Below are positions 47,527 to 58,205 of a stretch of DNA of 64,000 bases, piece after piece. Every line of letters begins with the position of its first letter. The stretch's first letter is position 1. The stretch is from a virus (taxonomy: Duplodnaviria; Caudoviricetes), in IMG/VR virus record IMGVR_UViG_3300043422_000045, positions 1 through 64,000 of that record; one strand, 5' to 3'. The notes under the pieces are model-generated. The model made no database searches. It was given only the letters and a program-made list of their open reading frames with translations, and was not told where the DNA came from. Both the position numbers and the translations under genes were made by a program.

Positions 47527-50500
47527 ATGAGCGCTAATAATTCAATCTCTCAACTGCTTGAACAATTTATTGAACTTTACAATAATTCTTTAAGTACGTT
47601 TGAAAAAACTAACGAAGCTATAACAACAGACAAAGAAACTGTTGCTATAGATCTTTATGATCCTAAAAAAGGTTCAGTTAAAACAGTTCAGATTCCATCA
47701 TTTGGTTTTTTGAAAAGAGAAATTGAAAGATTAAATGGTAATTTAGATGCATTGGCTGGAACTACAAGTACAACGTCTAATGTTAAATTAAAGGATGGTT
47801 CTTTTAGAAGAATTATTACTTCTAAATTACAAGGACCAGCCCCTAGCATTACTAATCTAGCTGCACCTACTGCATTCAAAACTAAAGCTAATGAATTCTT
47901 TGAAGATTTTTTAAATCCTTTATTAACAGTTAGCTTAAACGTAAGTGGTCAAATTCCAACAACTACAGAAAAAGCGTATATTGAAAGATATGTTTTTGAT
48001 AGTAATGACGTAAATAGCATTCAAGCTTTTAATTCTTTATATAAAGGACTTAACAATATTGATTATGACACATTCATAAATGATATTGTACAAAACAAAT
48101 ATGTTTATAGAAAAGATGCTTCAGATATTGATATGCCGTCTAGATCTATGACATACTACGGTAACTTTGATGTTTTAGGTATAGATACGGCTGAGAAGAC
48201 GCTGGTTGTTGATGGGACTACTCAAACGGTAAACGTTAGATTATTTACGTTAAATCAATTGACGTACTCAGATTCATCTAAAACGCTAAAGAACACAGAG
48301 ACACTTAAAGTTGGAGATTTCTTGGTTGTTAATTCAAACCAATATTCAACTAGATATAAAATCACAGCATTAAATACTGATACTTTACAAGCTGAATTAG
48401 ATTTAATTGAAGGTTCAGAACCTATTAGAATTGGTGCTGGAGAATTAAAGATCTATAAAGATGTAGATGTTGCAGTTAATATTGATGTTAACGTAGCATT
48501 TAACGAATATCAAGTTGTGTTTGTTAAAGCAATTGATTCAGTATCTAAGATATTGTCTGAAAGCTTTTCACCAGGCGTTGCATTTTATTCTAATGAATTA
48601 CAAATAGCAACTGAAAACGGTACAGTTATGAATTTAGCTGACTATTACAGATTAGAAGTTGCAGACTTTGGTCAATTTATTAAAAGTTTTAAAATTGATT
48701 CTATTCCACCAGCTTCTGTTGGTTTAGTGCCTAATGCGCCTGTTTTAGAAACCACAAATTTTAAAGTAGTTCAAGTAAATAGACACTTAACAGATAATGA
48801 TTCTACTAATAAAATCAAACAACTTAAAAACGATAAGATTGCTTCTGAGCAAAATCTAAAAAAATTAGATGACGCAATTGCTAAAAAGAAATCATCGATT
48901 AATACTATAAAATATAAGTCTACCGTTGAAAGAGACAGAGACACTAACGAATTAAGTACACTAGCGCAAAAGAGAACGTCAGAGTCTGCTCTGTATTCTT
49001 CTGTTGTTAGTGAAATTAAATCTATTGCCAATTCTAATAATTTATCAAACGTTGCCCCTAAATATAAACTTAGAGGTTTTTGGTCTATTCCAAATCCTAA
49101 GAGTTCACAAGATATTGTAGAACAATCAGTAGTTCAATTTAAAATAAGATACCGTTACGTTTCATCTAATGGTAAAACTTCACAAATTGATCAAATACCG
49201 TTTCAAGACGGAAGCACTACAAAAACAGCTGCTTTTTCAAATTGGATTGAAGTAGATGGTCCTGTGAGAAAAAGAATCAAAGACGCATCTGGTAAATTTT
49301 ATTGGGGAACTGATAGTGAAGAAGATGCAAATGCTGTTAATTTTAATTCATTAGATATTGCTATTCAACCTGGAGAAAAGGTAGAGATTTCAGTTAAATC
49401 TTTATCAGAAGCTGGATTTCCAGCAAATCCAATAGAATCTGACTGGTCTGATATAATGACTTATGAATTCCCAGAAGGTGAATTTACGGGAGATACTTTA
49501 TTAGAAGCTATCAATGAAAATTCATTAGAAACTGTAAGAATTCAAATTACACAAGATTTAACAACAGCTGGTCTATACACACACTTAGATGATTCATTTA
49601 CAGCTAATTCTAAATATTTTTCACATACTGCAACATCGATCGCATCTGGTTTCTTAACAACTGAACAAAATCCAGTTAGTTTATTTGACAAGCTGGTTGA
49701 AATGCAAACTCAAATTGAGAAATTAAAAGCTCAAATAGCTGGAACTCTTGGAGAATTAGTGGTTTATATTGAAGATGAATCTGGAGCACAAACTTCAGTT
49801 TCTAATCATACGACTGTTAAATTATTTGCTGGTTACTATGTTGATGAAATTACAAATCAAATTGACAGAAAAGGAGCTATTGTTACTAAAAACTTTAAAT
49901 TAAAATTAAGTAATTCAAAAGCAACTGATTTAGAATTAATAGCTAGATTAGTAGGAGATAGAACTAAAGCTGCTTATGGATCTGGTGCATCTACTGTATT
50001 AGGTGTTGCACCTGGTGCAATTGATCCAGTTGTTTCTAGTGATACTTATTATGCAAATGAAGGTAGATATGATTTGGTTCCATTGCAATACCAAAACATA
50101 AGTTCTAATATGACAGGTGTAGATTACATGAACAGTACTCCATACCAATCTGGTCAATTAAGAGGTCAATTTCTTTATTCAAGATATAAAAATCTAGCCA
50201 ATGACGCTGAACTTTATTCAATGACAGCGCCAGATACAGATTATAGTGTTAATAACTGGACTATCGGAAATGGTGTAGATGATTTTGAATACGGTATTAA
50301 TTATAAATTCGGCACTAATCCTGCAATTGTAGGTTCTGGTGAATCTAGATATTTTAATTTTGCTAATGCAACATCAGCAGCATACGCAGCTAACAATGGA
50401 ACTGACGATTTTATTTGGTCAGGCGATTATGATAGTAATGGATTACCTAATAGAACTTCATTAAGTACTGCAACTAATACTGTTAGTAAAACTGACTATG

Positions 50501-51222
50501 ATAATGGTTTATTCTTACATAAAGATCACCCTTTATTAAATACCGGTAGTGTATTGACACCTTTAAATATTGCAGAAACTGGATTGGTTTCTATGTCAAA
50601 GAATGCTCCAAGAAGAGCTAACATGACAGACGGATTGTTTCAAAATCCATATAAAAGAGCTCATTGGCAAATGAAATCTAATACTTCAACACCGATTGAT
50701 GTATATAGAAGTTTAAAAATGTCATTTAACGCAGAAGATCAATTCTTATTAGGCGGACATTCATGCGGAGCTTATTTATTTTTAAGTCCTATTGAAACTA
50801 CAAGTTTAACAGTAGATGCTGATAATAAATTTGGTAAAAAGTCAATCTCACAAGGAGCTACTAATGCGATTTCAGTTGATTTAATATTCCAATATAGAAT
50901 GACTGATTATTTTGGAGTTACATCTAGCACAACATCTGCTAATAATGCAGGAAGAGTTGGTGGAATAGCTTCTACAAGTTTAACAAATCTAACATATTCT
51001 AAAAAGATAGGATTAGATATTTTAAAAGGAGAAAATGACGTATTCTCGTTTGATATTGAAGTTTATGCTAAATACAAACCAGAAGGTTCATCAGTGGCTA
51101 ATGTAACTAAAGAAATGATAGATACGTTTAGAGTACCTGGATTACATGGTCGTAGAGAATTTGTAGATTCTGAAAATGATTTCTCAACACCAGGTTCTAT
51201 AACTTCACTGAGATATATGTAA
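47527..51222 (+). CDS. Large hypothetical structural protein (1231 aa)
   Basis: Coupled ORF with coiled coils and an FN3-like segment (VEISVKSLSEAGFP...SDWS). Confidence 0.55.
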   Translation: MSANNSISQLLEQFIELYNNSLSTFEKTNEAITTDKETVAIDLYDPKKGSVKTVQIPSFGFLKREIERLNGNLDALAGTTSTTSNVKLKDGSFRRIITSKLQGPAPSITNLAAPTAFKTKANEFFEDFLNPLLTVSLNVSGQIPTTTEKAYIERYVFDSNDVNSIQAFNSLYKGLNNIDYDTFINDIVQNKYVYRKDASDIDMPSRSMTYYGNFDVLGIDTAEKTLVVDGTTQTVNVRLFTLNQLTYSDSSKTLKNTETLKVGDFLVVNSNQYSTRYKITALNTDTLQAELDLIEGSEPIRIGAGELKIYKDVDVAVNIDVNVAFNEYQVVFVKAIDSVSKILSESFSPGVAFYSNELQIATENGTVMNLADYYRLEVADFGQFIKSFKIDSIPPASVGLVPNAPVLETTNFKVVQVNRHLTDNDSTNKIKQLKNDKIASEQNLKKLDDAIAKKKSSINTIKYKSTVERDRDTNELSTLAQKRTSESALYSSVVSEIKSIANSNNLSNVAPKYKLRGFWSIPNPKSSQDIVEQSVVQFKIRYRYVSSNGKTSQIDQIPFQDGSTTKTAAFSNWIEVDGPVRKRIKDASGKFYWGTDSEEDANAVNFNSLDIAIQPGEKVEISVKSLSEAGFPANPIESDWSDIMTYEFPEGEFTGDTLLEAINENSLETVRIQITQDLTTAGLYTHLDDSFTANSKYFSHTATSIASGFLTTEQNPVSLFDKLVEMQTQIEKLKAQIAGTLGELVVYIEDESGAQTSVSNHTTVKLFAGYYVDEITNQIDRKGAIVTKNFKLKLSNSKATDLELIARLVGDRTKAAYGSGASTVLGVAPGAIDPVVSSDTYYANEGRYDLVPLQYQNISSNMTGVDYMNSTPYQSGQLRGQFLYSRYKNLANDAELYSMTAPDTDYSVNNWTIGNGVDDFEYGINYKFGTNPAIVGSGESRYFNFANATSAAYAANNGTDDFIWSGDYDSNGLPNRTSLSTATNTVSKTDYDNGLFLHKDHPLLNTGSVLTPLNIAETGLVSMSKNAPRRANMTDGLFQNPYKRAHWQMKSNTSTPIDVYRSLKMSFNAEDQFLLGGHSCGAYLFLSPIETTSLTVDADNKFGKKSISQGATNAISVDLIFQYRMTDYFGVTSSTTSANNAGRVGGIASTSLTNLTYSKKIGLDILKGENDVFSFDIEVYAKYKPEGSSVANVTKEMIDTFRVPGLHGRREFVDSENDFSTPGSITSLRYM

Positions 51223-51225
51223 ATC

Positions 51226-51274
51226 ATTAGTCCTTCTATTTAAGATATATAAACTAATAAATAGAAGGACTAAT
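51226..51274 (+). promoter_or_regulatory. Perfect 17-bp hairpin with late motif in the loop, ending 2 nt before ATG 51277
   Basis: ATTAGTCCTTCTATTTA / TAAATAGAAGGACTAAT; loop aGATATATAaactaa; no U tract. Confidence 0.8.
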
Positions 51275-51276
51275 AC

Positions 51277-54200
51277 ATGAGTTTATCAACAAATTTTAAC
51301 ACTGCAAATAATCAAATTGACGATCTGTCATTTGGTATTTTAAGAACTAATCCAAAGTTAAGTACTAATATAAAATTGGTAGTTAACTCATCGGGTTCTT
51401 TATACATGGATTCAATTGATGCCAATGCTACATTAGCTAGTGCATCTTTTAAAAAGTTTCCAATCAATCCATCTGGTTTTTATTCAACTGACGTTTCTAG
51501 ATTTTATAGAGATTTGCCATTAAATTTAAGATATGATATTTTTAAACAAAATTCAGATCTTTCTGTATTTGGTGATTATTCAAAACAATTTGAAGATCAG
51601 TATCAATACGGTGCTTCCTTTAATTCAACTAAATTGTATGATGAGCAATATAAATTCTTAGCTCCTATTTGGTTAGATAAAAAGACACCAAATCATTTTG
51701 TGATATACCGCGTGGAAGCCACAGATTATGACACTTTATTAGATGATAGTTTAGTTTCTCAAAATAATAGAATAATGCAGCTTTTAAATAAAGCCACTAT
51801 TGTTAAAACTTTTGACATAACTAACACTTCTAATTTAGGAAAATATATCAACAATCACGTTAATAGCCCTTCTTTTCCAGTAGCACCTATTATTCAAAAT
51901 TTTGATGCAAACAGTCATACTACGTATTGCGGTATTGATATTGTTAAAGGCGGTTTTGTTGAAAAAAGAGAATATACAAACAAAGATCTATTAGTAGATA
52001 AAATAGAAATTCTCAACAATCAAATTATCACAGAAGGTTTTGAAAGAAATCAATTAGCTGTGGCTAATTTATTAAACATTGAATTTTTATTTGACGATGA
52101 ACTAGCAACTGATTACAAAATTTATAGATATTTTGGGCTATATGTTGATGCTTTATATGAAGGTGAATTTAAAGTAAATGATATTATAAATAATGATGCT
52201 GAACAAAGCATTATTATAGAAAACAACGGTATTTTATCTTACTATGATCTACCGAATGGAATATCGCATCAAGATATGTTTTTAAATACAAAAGATTTGA
52301 GTTATCCAACATTAAACTGGATCAAATCTCCATACAATAATTTCTTTCACGTAAAAAACGGTGTTAACTTCGATAACACTAAAAAATTACCAGTTAGTTT
52401 AGATAATAAGACAATAACTGAATTTACTGATGATGTTTTAGCTGGAACTCTTAAGATTAGTATTTTAACTAAAGATGCAAAAGACTTTATTAAATTTAAA
52501 ATTACTGAAGCGCCACATCATGGTGATAAATTATATTTAACTGCTATTTCTGAATTCAAAGCTGATAATTTCAATCTAACGCCATTTACTTATATGGCTG
52601 ATAATTATTTGCAAGCCGGTAAGTTTGAACAACAACGATATTCAACACAAGGAGATTTAAAGCATATTTTACATGCATTAGCTTCATGTATAACACATTC
52701 AGATAATCCTTTTGTAGCTACTATCGTTGATGATGCTATCGTAATAGAAGATTACGCGCAAGGATATGATAGAAATTCAGTTGCATTTGGAGTTAGAACT
52801 GGTAATATTTCAGATTTCATTAACGTTATATCTGGTAAAATATCTAATATCGATAATTCTATTTTACCGGTTAGTAGCTTAGTTGATTTTAATGATTGGA
52901 CTAACTATGCAATGACAGGCGGTAAAGACGAAAATAGATTTATATACTTAGAAAAACAACAATTAGGTAACCTTAGAAAAGGTCACATAATTAAAGATCC
53001 TGTGTTCAATACAAAATCAGAAGTTTTAGAAATCTTAGAAGATGCTTTCGATTCTAATTTTTACAGAGTGTGTTTATCTAAGAAAATTAATAAATTAAAT
53101 ACGTACACTAACTTAAATTATTATCAATCTCCGGTTACCTATTTTGGTAAATTCAGCGCATATAATTTAAAGGACTTTGATTTTGATTTCTACGATACTT
53201 CTAATTCAAATTATGCTGAATTAGCATTAGATGATTTAATAGTAGCATCTAGCGTTGAAGGTAGTTATTATAAATATTATAATTTAGCATGTTCTCAAGC
53301 ATTTTTAATAAATCACGATGAATATTATCCTGGATTATCTTCTTTATCAGAGGCTGATGTTGTAAACAGATTAGAAAATGTTGGTAATGATTTTGACAAA
53401 GACTCAAGTATTGTTATTAAGGATTTAAAAATATACTCAGAGTATGACAGATTACATGAAAATGAATTAAAAGAAACTGCTCTTTTGAGTAGAGTCGTAC
53501 CGCATATTAATAAATTTGCACTGAAAGATTCTTTTAATGCAAGAATGAATCCATATTTATTTACAGTGAGCGAAGCATTTGGTTCAGATAACATGTCACC
53601 TAACGTAGAATCTGGCCTTGAAAGAAATCCATTAGATTACAACATGGAATATTTTCATATCAATCAAATTCCAACATTATTTAAATATGATTCTAACAAT
53701 TTTAGCAAACTTAAGAGTTATGTTAATTTTCTAAATGACGGAGAATTAACTATAGACAATCTTAAAAGCATCGATAGAGATTATTTTAGCAAATATTTTG
53801 TATGGGAAGGTGCATATCTAGACTTTTCTAAAGTTATTAACATTTCTTCTGCAAACGGTGCTACATATATTACATTTGATAAACCAATAGATGGAAATAT
53901 TGTAACTAATACAGGTATTACTAAGAAGAACGGCGTATTTGTACCTCTTACTTTACCGTTTTTAAATGCTGATAAAACAATATTAACTTGTCTTGGTAAT
54001 ATACCAACACAAAATGGTATTGTTGTTGGTGATTTATTTCAAATCAATAATGCCAATGTGCAATTTATAAAAAACAAAACAAAAAAATTATACACTAAAT
54101 TTAACAAAGGAGATGCTTACAATTTCTCTGACACTATATTTAGGGGTTTAAAATATGTTTATAAATCAAGAAAGGAAAATGTAAAAATCATTCCTTCTGA

Positions 54201-56028
54201 ATATGTAAATGATAATCTAGCAAATGATTATAAGTTTGCTGTTATCGTAAATTTACAAAAAGATTCAAATGAAACTAGTACAAGTATTGATGTTATTAAA
54301 AATGACAAATTTAAATTTATTTGTGTCTATGTTAATATTTCTTTACAAGAAAATAACGTAAAAGAAATATCTCATAAAATTTTATATGAATTAAGACACT
54401 CATATATTGAAAATACATTATCGAATAGTAAGATTCAAGGCGCTTTAAACATATATGAAGCTTATGCCAATATAATTAATTTAACTCCTACTACTGAAGT
54501 TGTAATAGATGGTTTAGAGGATATTGATGGTAAATCTCCAGCTTTTGAAAAACAAATTAGTATCACAGAACAAGGTGCTTATTCATATTTGTTATTTGAC
54601 TATAATGGTAACACATACGCTTTTCAAATTTCTAAAGTATTAAGTGATACGTCTATTAGTGTGATAGGTTATCCTAAATTATGGGATAATATAACCAATA
54701 CCGTAGGTGCTGACGCACCAGCTATAATAGAAATCACACCAGTTGATCAATCTAATTTAACTTATACATATTATGGTGGTGGATGGGACGCATTCAAGCA
54801 AAACCTGGATGATATTAAAGCTAAATCATTTAAAGAAACCTTTAATGATTTTACTAGAAAGGTAAATTATGTTAATGTGACAGAATCTGGAGATGTTGCG
54901 TATAATTCTTTTGTTTTAGAAGTTGAAAACGGAACACCTTTTTATAAAAATGCATATATTAAAACCGCGGTAGACGAAGATAAACCAAAATCTTACAAAA
55001 TATCTTCAGCCGAAGTTGGTAAAAAAATAGTTGAATCAGAGACTCCATATAGAACAATTTTAAGAAGAATGAACGGCTATTATGTACCATTAACCAAAGA
55101 TGTTTTATACTTCACTGACATATATTCAGAAAACAAAGCTTTAAAAAATAATGCAGTTCCAAATAGAGAATTGTTGATTTACAATAAATTCAATAGAACT
55201 GGAATTGCGTTTAGTTCTTATTTTGACACATTGGGTTTAAATGATTATGGAATAATTAAAAATTATTTTTATCATAAAGTAAATACTGAAGCACCAGATA
55301 GTACATTAAAATTGTCTAGCGGTACAGATAAATTACCTTTATATCCAAAAATTGGTGAAATAGCAATTGACAAAAGAGATTTAAATATATTACAGTCTAA
55401 ATACGCTGAAAATTACTATATTAAATCAGGCGCAAACAATGAATATTCATTTGTGTATGGCACTGTTAATCCAATTGAAGAAAAGGCTTTCATGGCCTCA
55501 ACAGTAATGAAGGTTTCTAACGTTTATGAAATATCTTCTTTTAGTGAAATTAAACTATCTAATATAGATGAATTAAATTCATATAGAGAAAATAACAAAG
55601 GCTCATATTCGTTGGCATGGACAGAAGTTGAAGATAAAATCTATGCTGATTTCTATGTTAAAAAAGCAGTCTTAGATGAATTATTAGAAAAAGGCATTAA
55701 GTCTTCCTTTGATAGTTATATCAATCCTTCAAAATCTTATGGTGATTTAACAACAACGTCTGACGATTTACAAGTATATTCAGAACAAAATATAGTACCG
55801 AGATTTATTATACAAAGCATTAACATATATGCTAAAGAAGGTAAAAATATCAGTTCTTCGTTTTTAAATCAAGCTGATCCTTTATTAATAGACACTGATA
55901 TTTATAAAAAACAAACTAATTATTCTACAGAAGGCTTTGTACAAGAACGTCTTAATTTTAGATTAATATATAATAAAAAACCGTCTTATAACTATGAGTT
56001 TAAAGTCGTTGTCAAAATAATAGCGTAA
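51277..56028 (+). CDS. Very large hypothetical structural protein (1583 aa)
   Basis: Uninterrupted ORF with late motif, between baseplate and fibre genes. Confidence 0.55.
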   Translation: MSLSTNFNTANNQIDDLSFGILRTNPKLSTNIKLVVNSSGSLYMDSIDANATLASASFKKFPINPSGFYSTDVSRFYRDLPLNLRYDIFKQNSDLSVFGDYSKQFEDQYQYGASFNSTKLYDEQYKFLAPIWLDKKTPNHFVIYRVEATDYDTLLDDSLVSQNNRIMQLLNKATIVKTFDITNTSNLGKYINNHVNSPSFPVAPIIQNFDANSHTTYCGIDIVKGGFVEKREYTNKDLLVDKIEILNNQIITEGFERNQLAVANLLNIEFLFDDELATDYKIYRYFGLYVDALYEGEFKVNDIINNDAEQSIIIENNGILSYYDLPNGISHQDMFLNTKDLSYPTLNWIKSPYNNFFHVKNGVNFDNTKKLPVSLDNKTITEFTDDVLAGTLKISILTKDAKDFIKFKITEAPHHGDKLYLTAISEFKADNFNLTPFTYMADNYLQAGKFEQQRYSTQGDLKHILHALASCITHSDNPFVATIVDDAIVIEDYAQGYDRNSVAFGVRTGNISDFINVISGKISNIDNSILPVSSLVDFNDWTNYAMTGGKDENRFIYLEKQQLGNLRKGHIIKDPVFNTKSEVLEILEDAFDSNFYRVCLSKKINKLNTYTNLNYYQSPVTYFGKFSAYNLKDFDFDFYDTSNSNYAELALDDLIVASSVEGSYYKYYNLACSQAFLINHDEYYPGLSSLSEADVVNRLENVGNDFDKDSSIVIKDLKIYSEYDRLHENELKETALLSRVVPHINKFALKDSFNARMNPYLFTVSEAFGSDNMSPNVESGLERNPLDYNMEYFHINQIPTLFKYDSNNFSKLKSYVNFLNDGELTIDNLKSIDRDYFSKYFVWEGAYLDFSKVINISSANGATYITFDKPIDGNIVTNTGITKKNGVFVPLTLPFLNADKTILTCLGNIPTQNGIVVGDLFQINNANVQFIKNKTKKLYTKFNKGDAYNFSDTIFRGLKYVYKSRKENVKIIPSEYVNDNLANDYKFAVIVNLQKDSNETSTSIDVIKNDKFKFICVYVNISLQENNVKEISHKILYELRHSYIENTLSNSKIQGALNIYEAYANIINLTPTTEVVIDGLEDIDGKSPAFEKQISITEQGAYSYLLFDYNGNTYAFQISKVLSDTSISVIGYPKLWDNITNTVGADAPAIIEITPVDQSNLTYTYYGGGWDAFKQNLDDIKAKSFKETFNDFTRKVNYVNVTESGDVAYNSFVLEVENGTPFYKNAYIKTAVDEDKPKSYKISSAEVGKKIVESETPYRTILRRMNGYYVPLTKDVLYFTDIYSENKALKNNAVPNRELLIYNKFNRTGIAFSSYFDTLGLNDYGIIKNYFYHKVNTEAPDSTLKLSSGTDKLPLYPKIGEIAIDKRDLNILQSKYAENYYIKSGANNEYSFVYGTVNPIEEKAFMASTVMKVSNVYEISSFSEIKLSNIDELNSYRENNKGSYSLAWTEVEDKIYADFYVKKAVLDELLEKGIKSSFDSYINPSKSYGDLTTTSDDLQVYSEQNIVPRFIIQSINIYAKEGKNISSSFLNQADPLLIDTDIYKKQTNYSTEGFVQERLNFRLIYNKKPSYNYEFKVVVKIIA

Positions 56029-56029
56029 C

Positions 56030-58159
56030 ATGTCTATCATAATAAAAGAATTATTTGAAAGTGATTTAGATCAATATAACAATGATTGGTGGTCATCTAA
56101 AAAAATTGAAAAGTTAAATTTCAATTTTGATCAAATTCTAATATCCGGCGGTGGACCAATTGGACCTCATGGTTTTCCAGGAGATCAAGGTTTAGATGGA
56201 GCAAAAGGTCCAATTGGACCGCAAGGTGCTATCGGTTCTCAAGGCGCTATTGGTTCTCAAGGTGCAGATGGAGAAACTGTTTGGCTTAAAAATGAAAGCG
56301 AAACTATAGAAAATATCACTTTAAAAATAAATCAATTTGGTAAATACAATCCTACTAATTTTTTATTCGGTATTTCTAATAGTTCAGACGCGTTAAACGA
56401 ATATAACGTGCCTAAAATAGGTATTTTAGGTAAAATTCATACAAACGGAGGTTACAATCAAAAGAATGTTGTTTTTTCTGATGAAGAATCAGATCAAATA
56501 GTTTCATTAAATTTATTTAAAGAAAATCAAAATACAATATTAGAATATGGTTTTGATGACACTACTAATACTGAGTTTGAATTGATAAGTGATGAAGCAG
56601 TTTTAACGTATAACATTAATCCTAGTACAGCTTCTACATTTGGTAATTTTAAAGCATCATTATTTAAAATAAAATCTTTAGATTCAAAGTTTGGCGATAC
56701 AGCAGAAACCAACGAAATACAAGGTTCTACTAAATTTAATACTGAAACTCCAACCCCGAATTGGATTGCACAATCAATTGACACAAATGGTAAAATAAAA
56801 TGGGTAGATCCTCTTAAAGTTATACCTGGTTTTCCAGTTGGTAGTATTATTGCTATCAATGCTTCACAGTTTAATAGTAATAATTTTTTAATTAATGAGA
56901 CCAAAACTGTTACTATTGATTATTTACAAAACACAAATGGATCTGGTAAAACAGGTACAATGTATCAGGGCTGGTATATATGCAATGGTAAAACTTGGAA
57001 AAAGGGGGTTATCTCGTATGACTTGCCAAACTTAAATGCGTATAAATATGAAATAGGTGAAGACACTTCCGGAAATTCTAACCAAGAACATGCAATTTCA
57101 AATACAGCTAAATTAGCTATTTTAGGAGGTTCTGATTTAAAATTGAACATTACGCAATCAGGTGGTTCTTATAGTTCAAGCTACACTAATCACGAGACGT
57201 CTAATCAAATTGAAACATTTAATTCAGTTGGTTCAATATCGCAAGCTGATTCTAAATTAATTTATATATGTTATTTAAAAGAAACTGACATGCATTGGGA
57301 AGATGCTGCTGTCATTCCTCCAACACCTGCATTATACGATATAAATTTATCTTATAGCTCATCGTCAAATGCAAATGCTTGTTTAAATCAAACTACAGCT
57401 TTTAAAATAGATTTTGATCCTGTTTTATGGACTAATTTTACAGCTAATTTAACTGGTAAATTAATTTATAATAATTCAGGTACTGCTATAGCAGTTGATG
57501 GAATATACGCAAAAGATGGAGTAGTTAGAATATTTGTTGGAGGCACGTTTGTTCAAGTCCAAAGTTGTCCTATCGTAAACAGTTTTGTGGCTACTTTAGG
57601 TCCTAACATGTTTAACTTAAATGGTTCGACCGCGCCTTATTCTGGTACTAATATGACTTTGTATTCAGATAACGCTTCTTTTGCAAATGCAACTAAATTA
57701 TATACAAATGCAGCTTCTACACCTTTCTATTATGCGCCAAACGGCTGGTATAGAGTAGGTGCTTCTAGAAGATATTGGAGTCAAATTGATGGATCATTTG
57801 TTGGTCTAGATGTTTTTGGAGATTATATCTTTAATGTATTGGCTACACAATTAAGTCCAAGCGCTGAAGGATATTATATGGCTAAAGCAACATCTAGTTT
57901 TAATTATTGCAACGGAGTATATGATTCCACGATGTATCTTTATACTGATGATGATTCATTTATGAGTGCAGCTTCTTTTTTAGGACCTGTTTATAGAAAC
58001 ATGTATAGTTTAACGGGCAATGAGGGTTATGAACCTTTGATGTTGATAGAAAACAATGCAGTGTATGGTCCTGAGAATGACCTTTTCTATAGAAAATGTG
58101 ATAGCGATGGAGTATTACAAAGTAAAACTAAATGTAGTGGAACTAATAAGTTTGTTTGA
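56030..58159 (+). CDS. Tail fibre protein (short collagen segment plus tail-collar domain)
   Basis: KLNFNFDQI, about 14 Gly-X-Y, FPVGSIIA...GWYICNG...YDLPNL collar motif. Confidence 0.75.
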   Translation: MSIIIKELFESDLDQYNNDWWSSKKIEKLNFNFDQILISGGGPIGPHGFPGDQGLDGAKGPIGPQGAIGSQGAIGSQGADGETVWLKNESETIENITLKINQFGKYNPTNFLFGISNSSDALNEYNVPKIGILGKIHTNGGYNQKNVVFSDEESDQIVSLNLFKENQNTILEYGFDDTTNTEFELISDEAVLTYNINPSTASTFGNFKASLFKIKSLDSKFGDTAETNEIQGSTKFNTETPTPNWIAQSIDTNGKIKWVDPLKVIPGFPVGSIIAINASQFNSNNFLINETKTVTIDYLQNTNGSGKTGTMYQGWYICNGKTWKKGVISYDLPNLNAYKYEIGEDTSGNSNQEHAISNTAKLAILGGSDLKLNITQSGGSYSSSYTNHETSNQIETFNSVGSISQADSKLIYICYLKETDMHWEDAAVIPPTPALYDINLSYSSSSNANACLNQTTAFKIDFDPVLWTNFTANLTGKLIYNNSGTAIAVDGIYAKDGVVRIFVGGTFVQVQSCPIVNSFVATLGPNMFNLNGSTAPYSGTNMTLYSDNASFANATKLYTNAASTPFYYAPNGWYRVGASRRYWSQIDGSFVGLDVFGDYIFNVLATQLSPSAEGYYMAKATSSFNYCNGVYDSTMYLYTDDDSFMSAASFLGPVYRNMYSLTGNEGYEPLMLIENNAVYGPENDLFYRKCDSDGVLQSKTKCSGTNKFV

Positions 58160-58205
58160 TAAAATATTAGACAGATAAATAGATAATAAAAAGACCAGTA
58201 TTATA

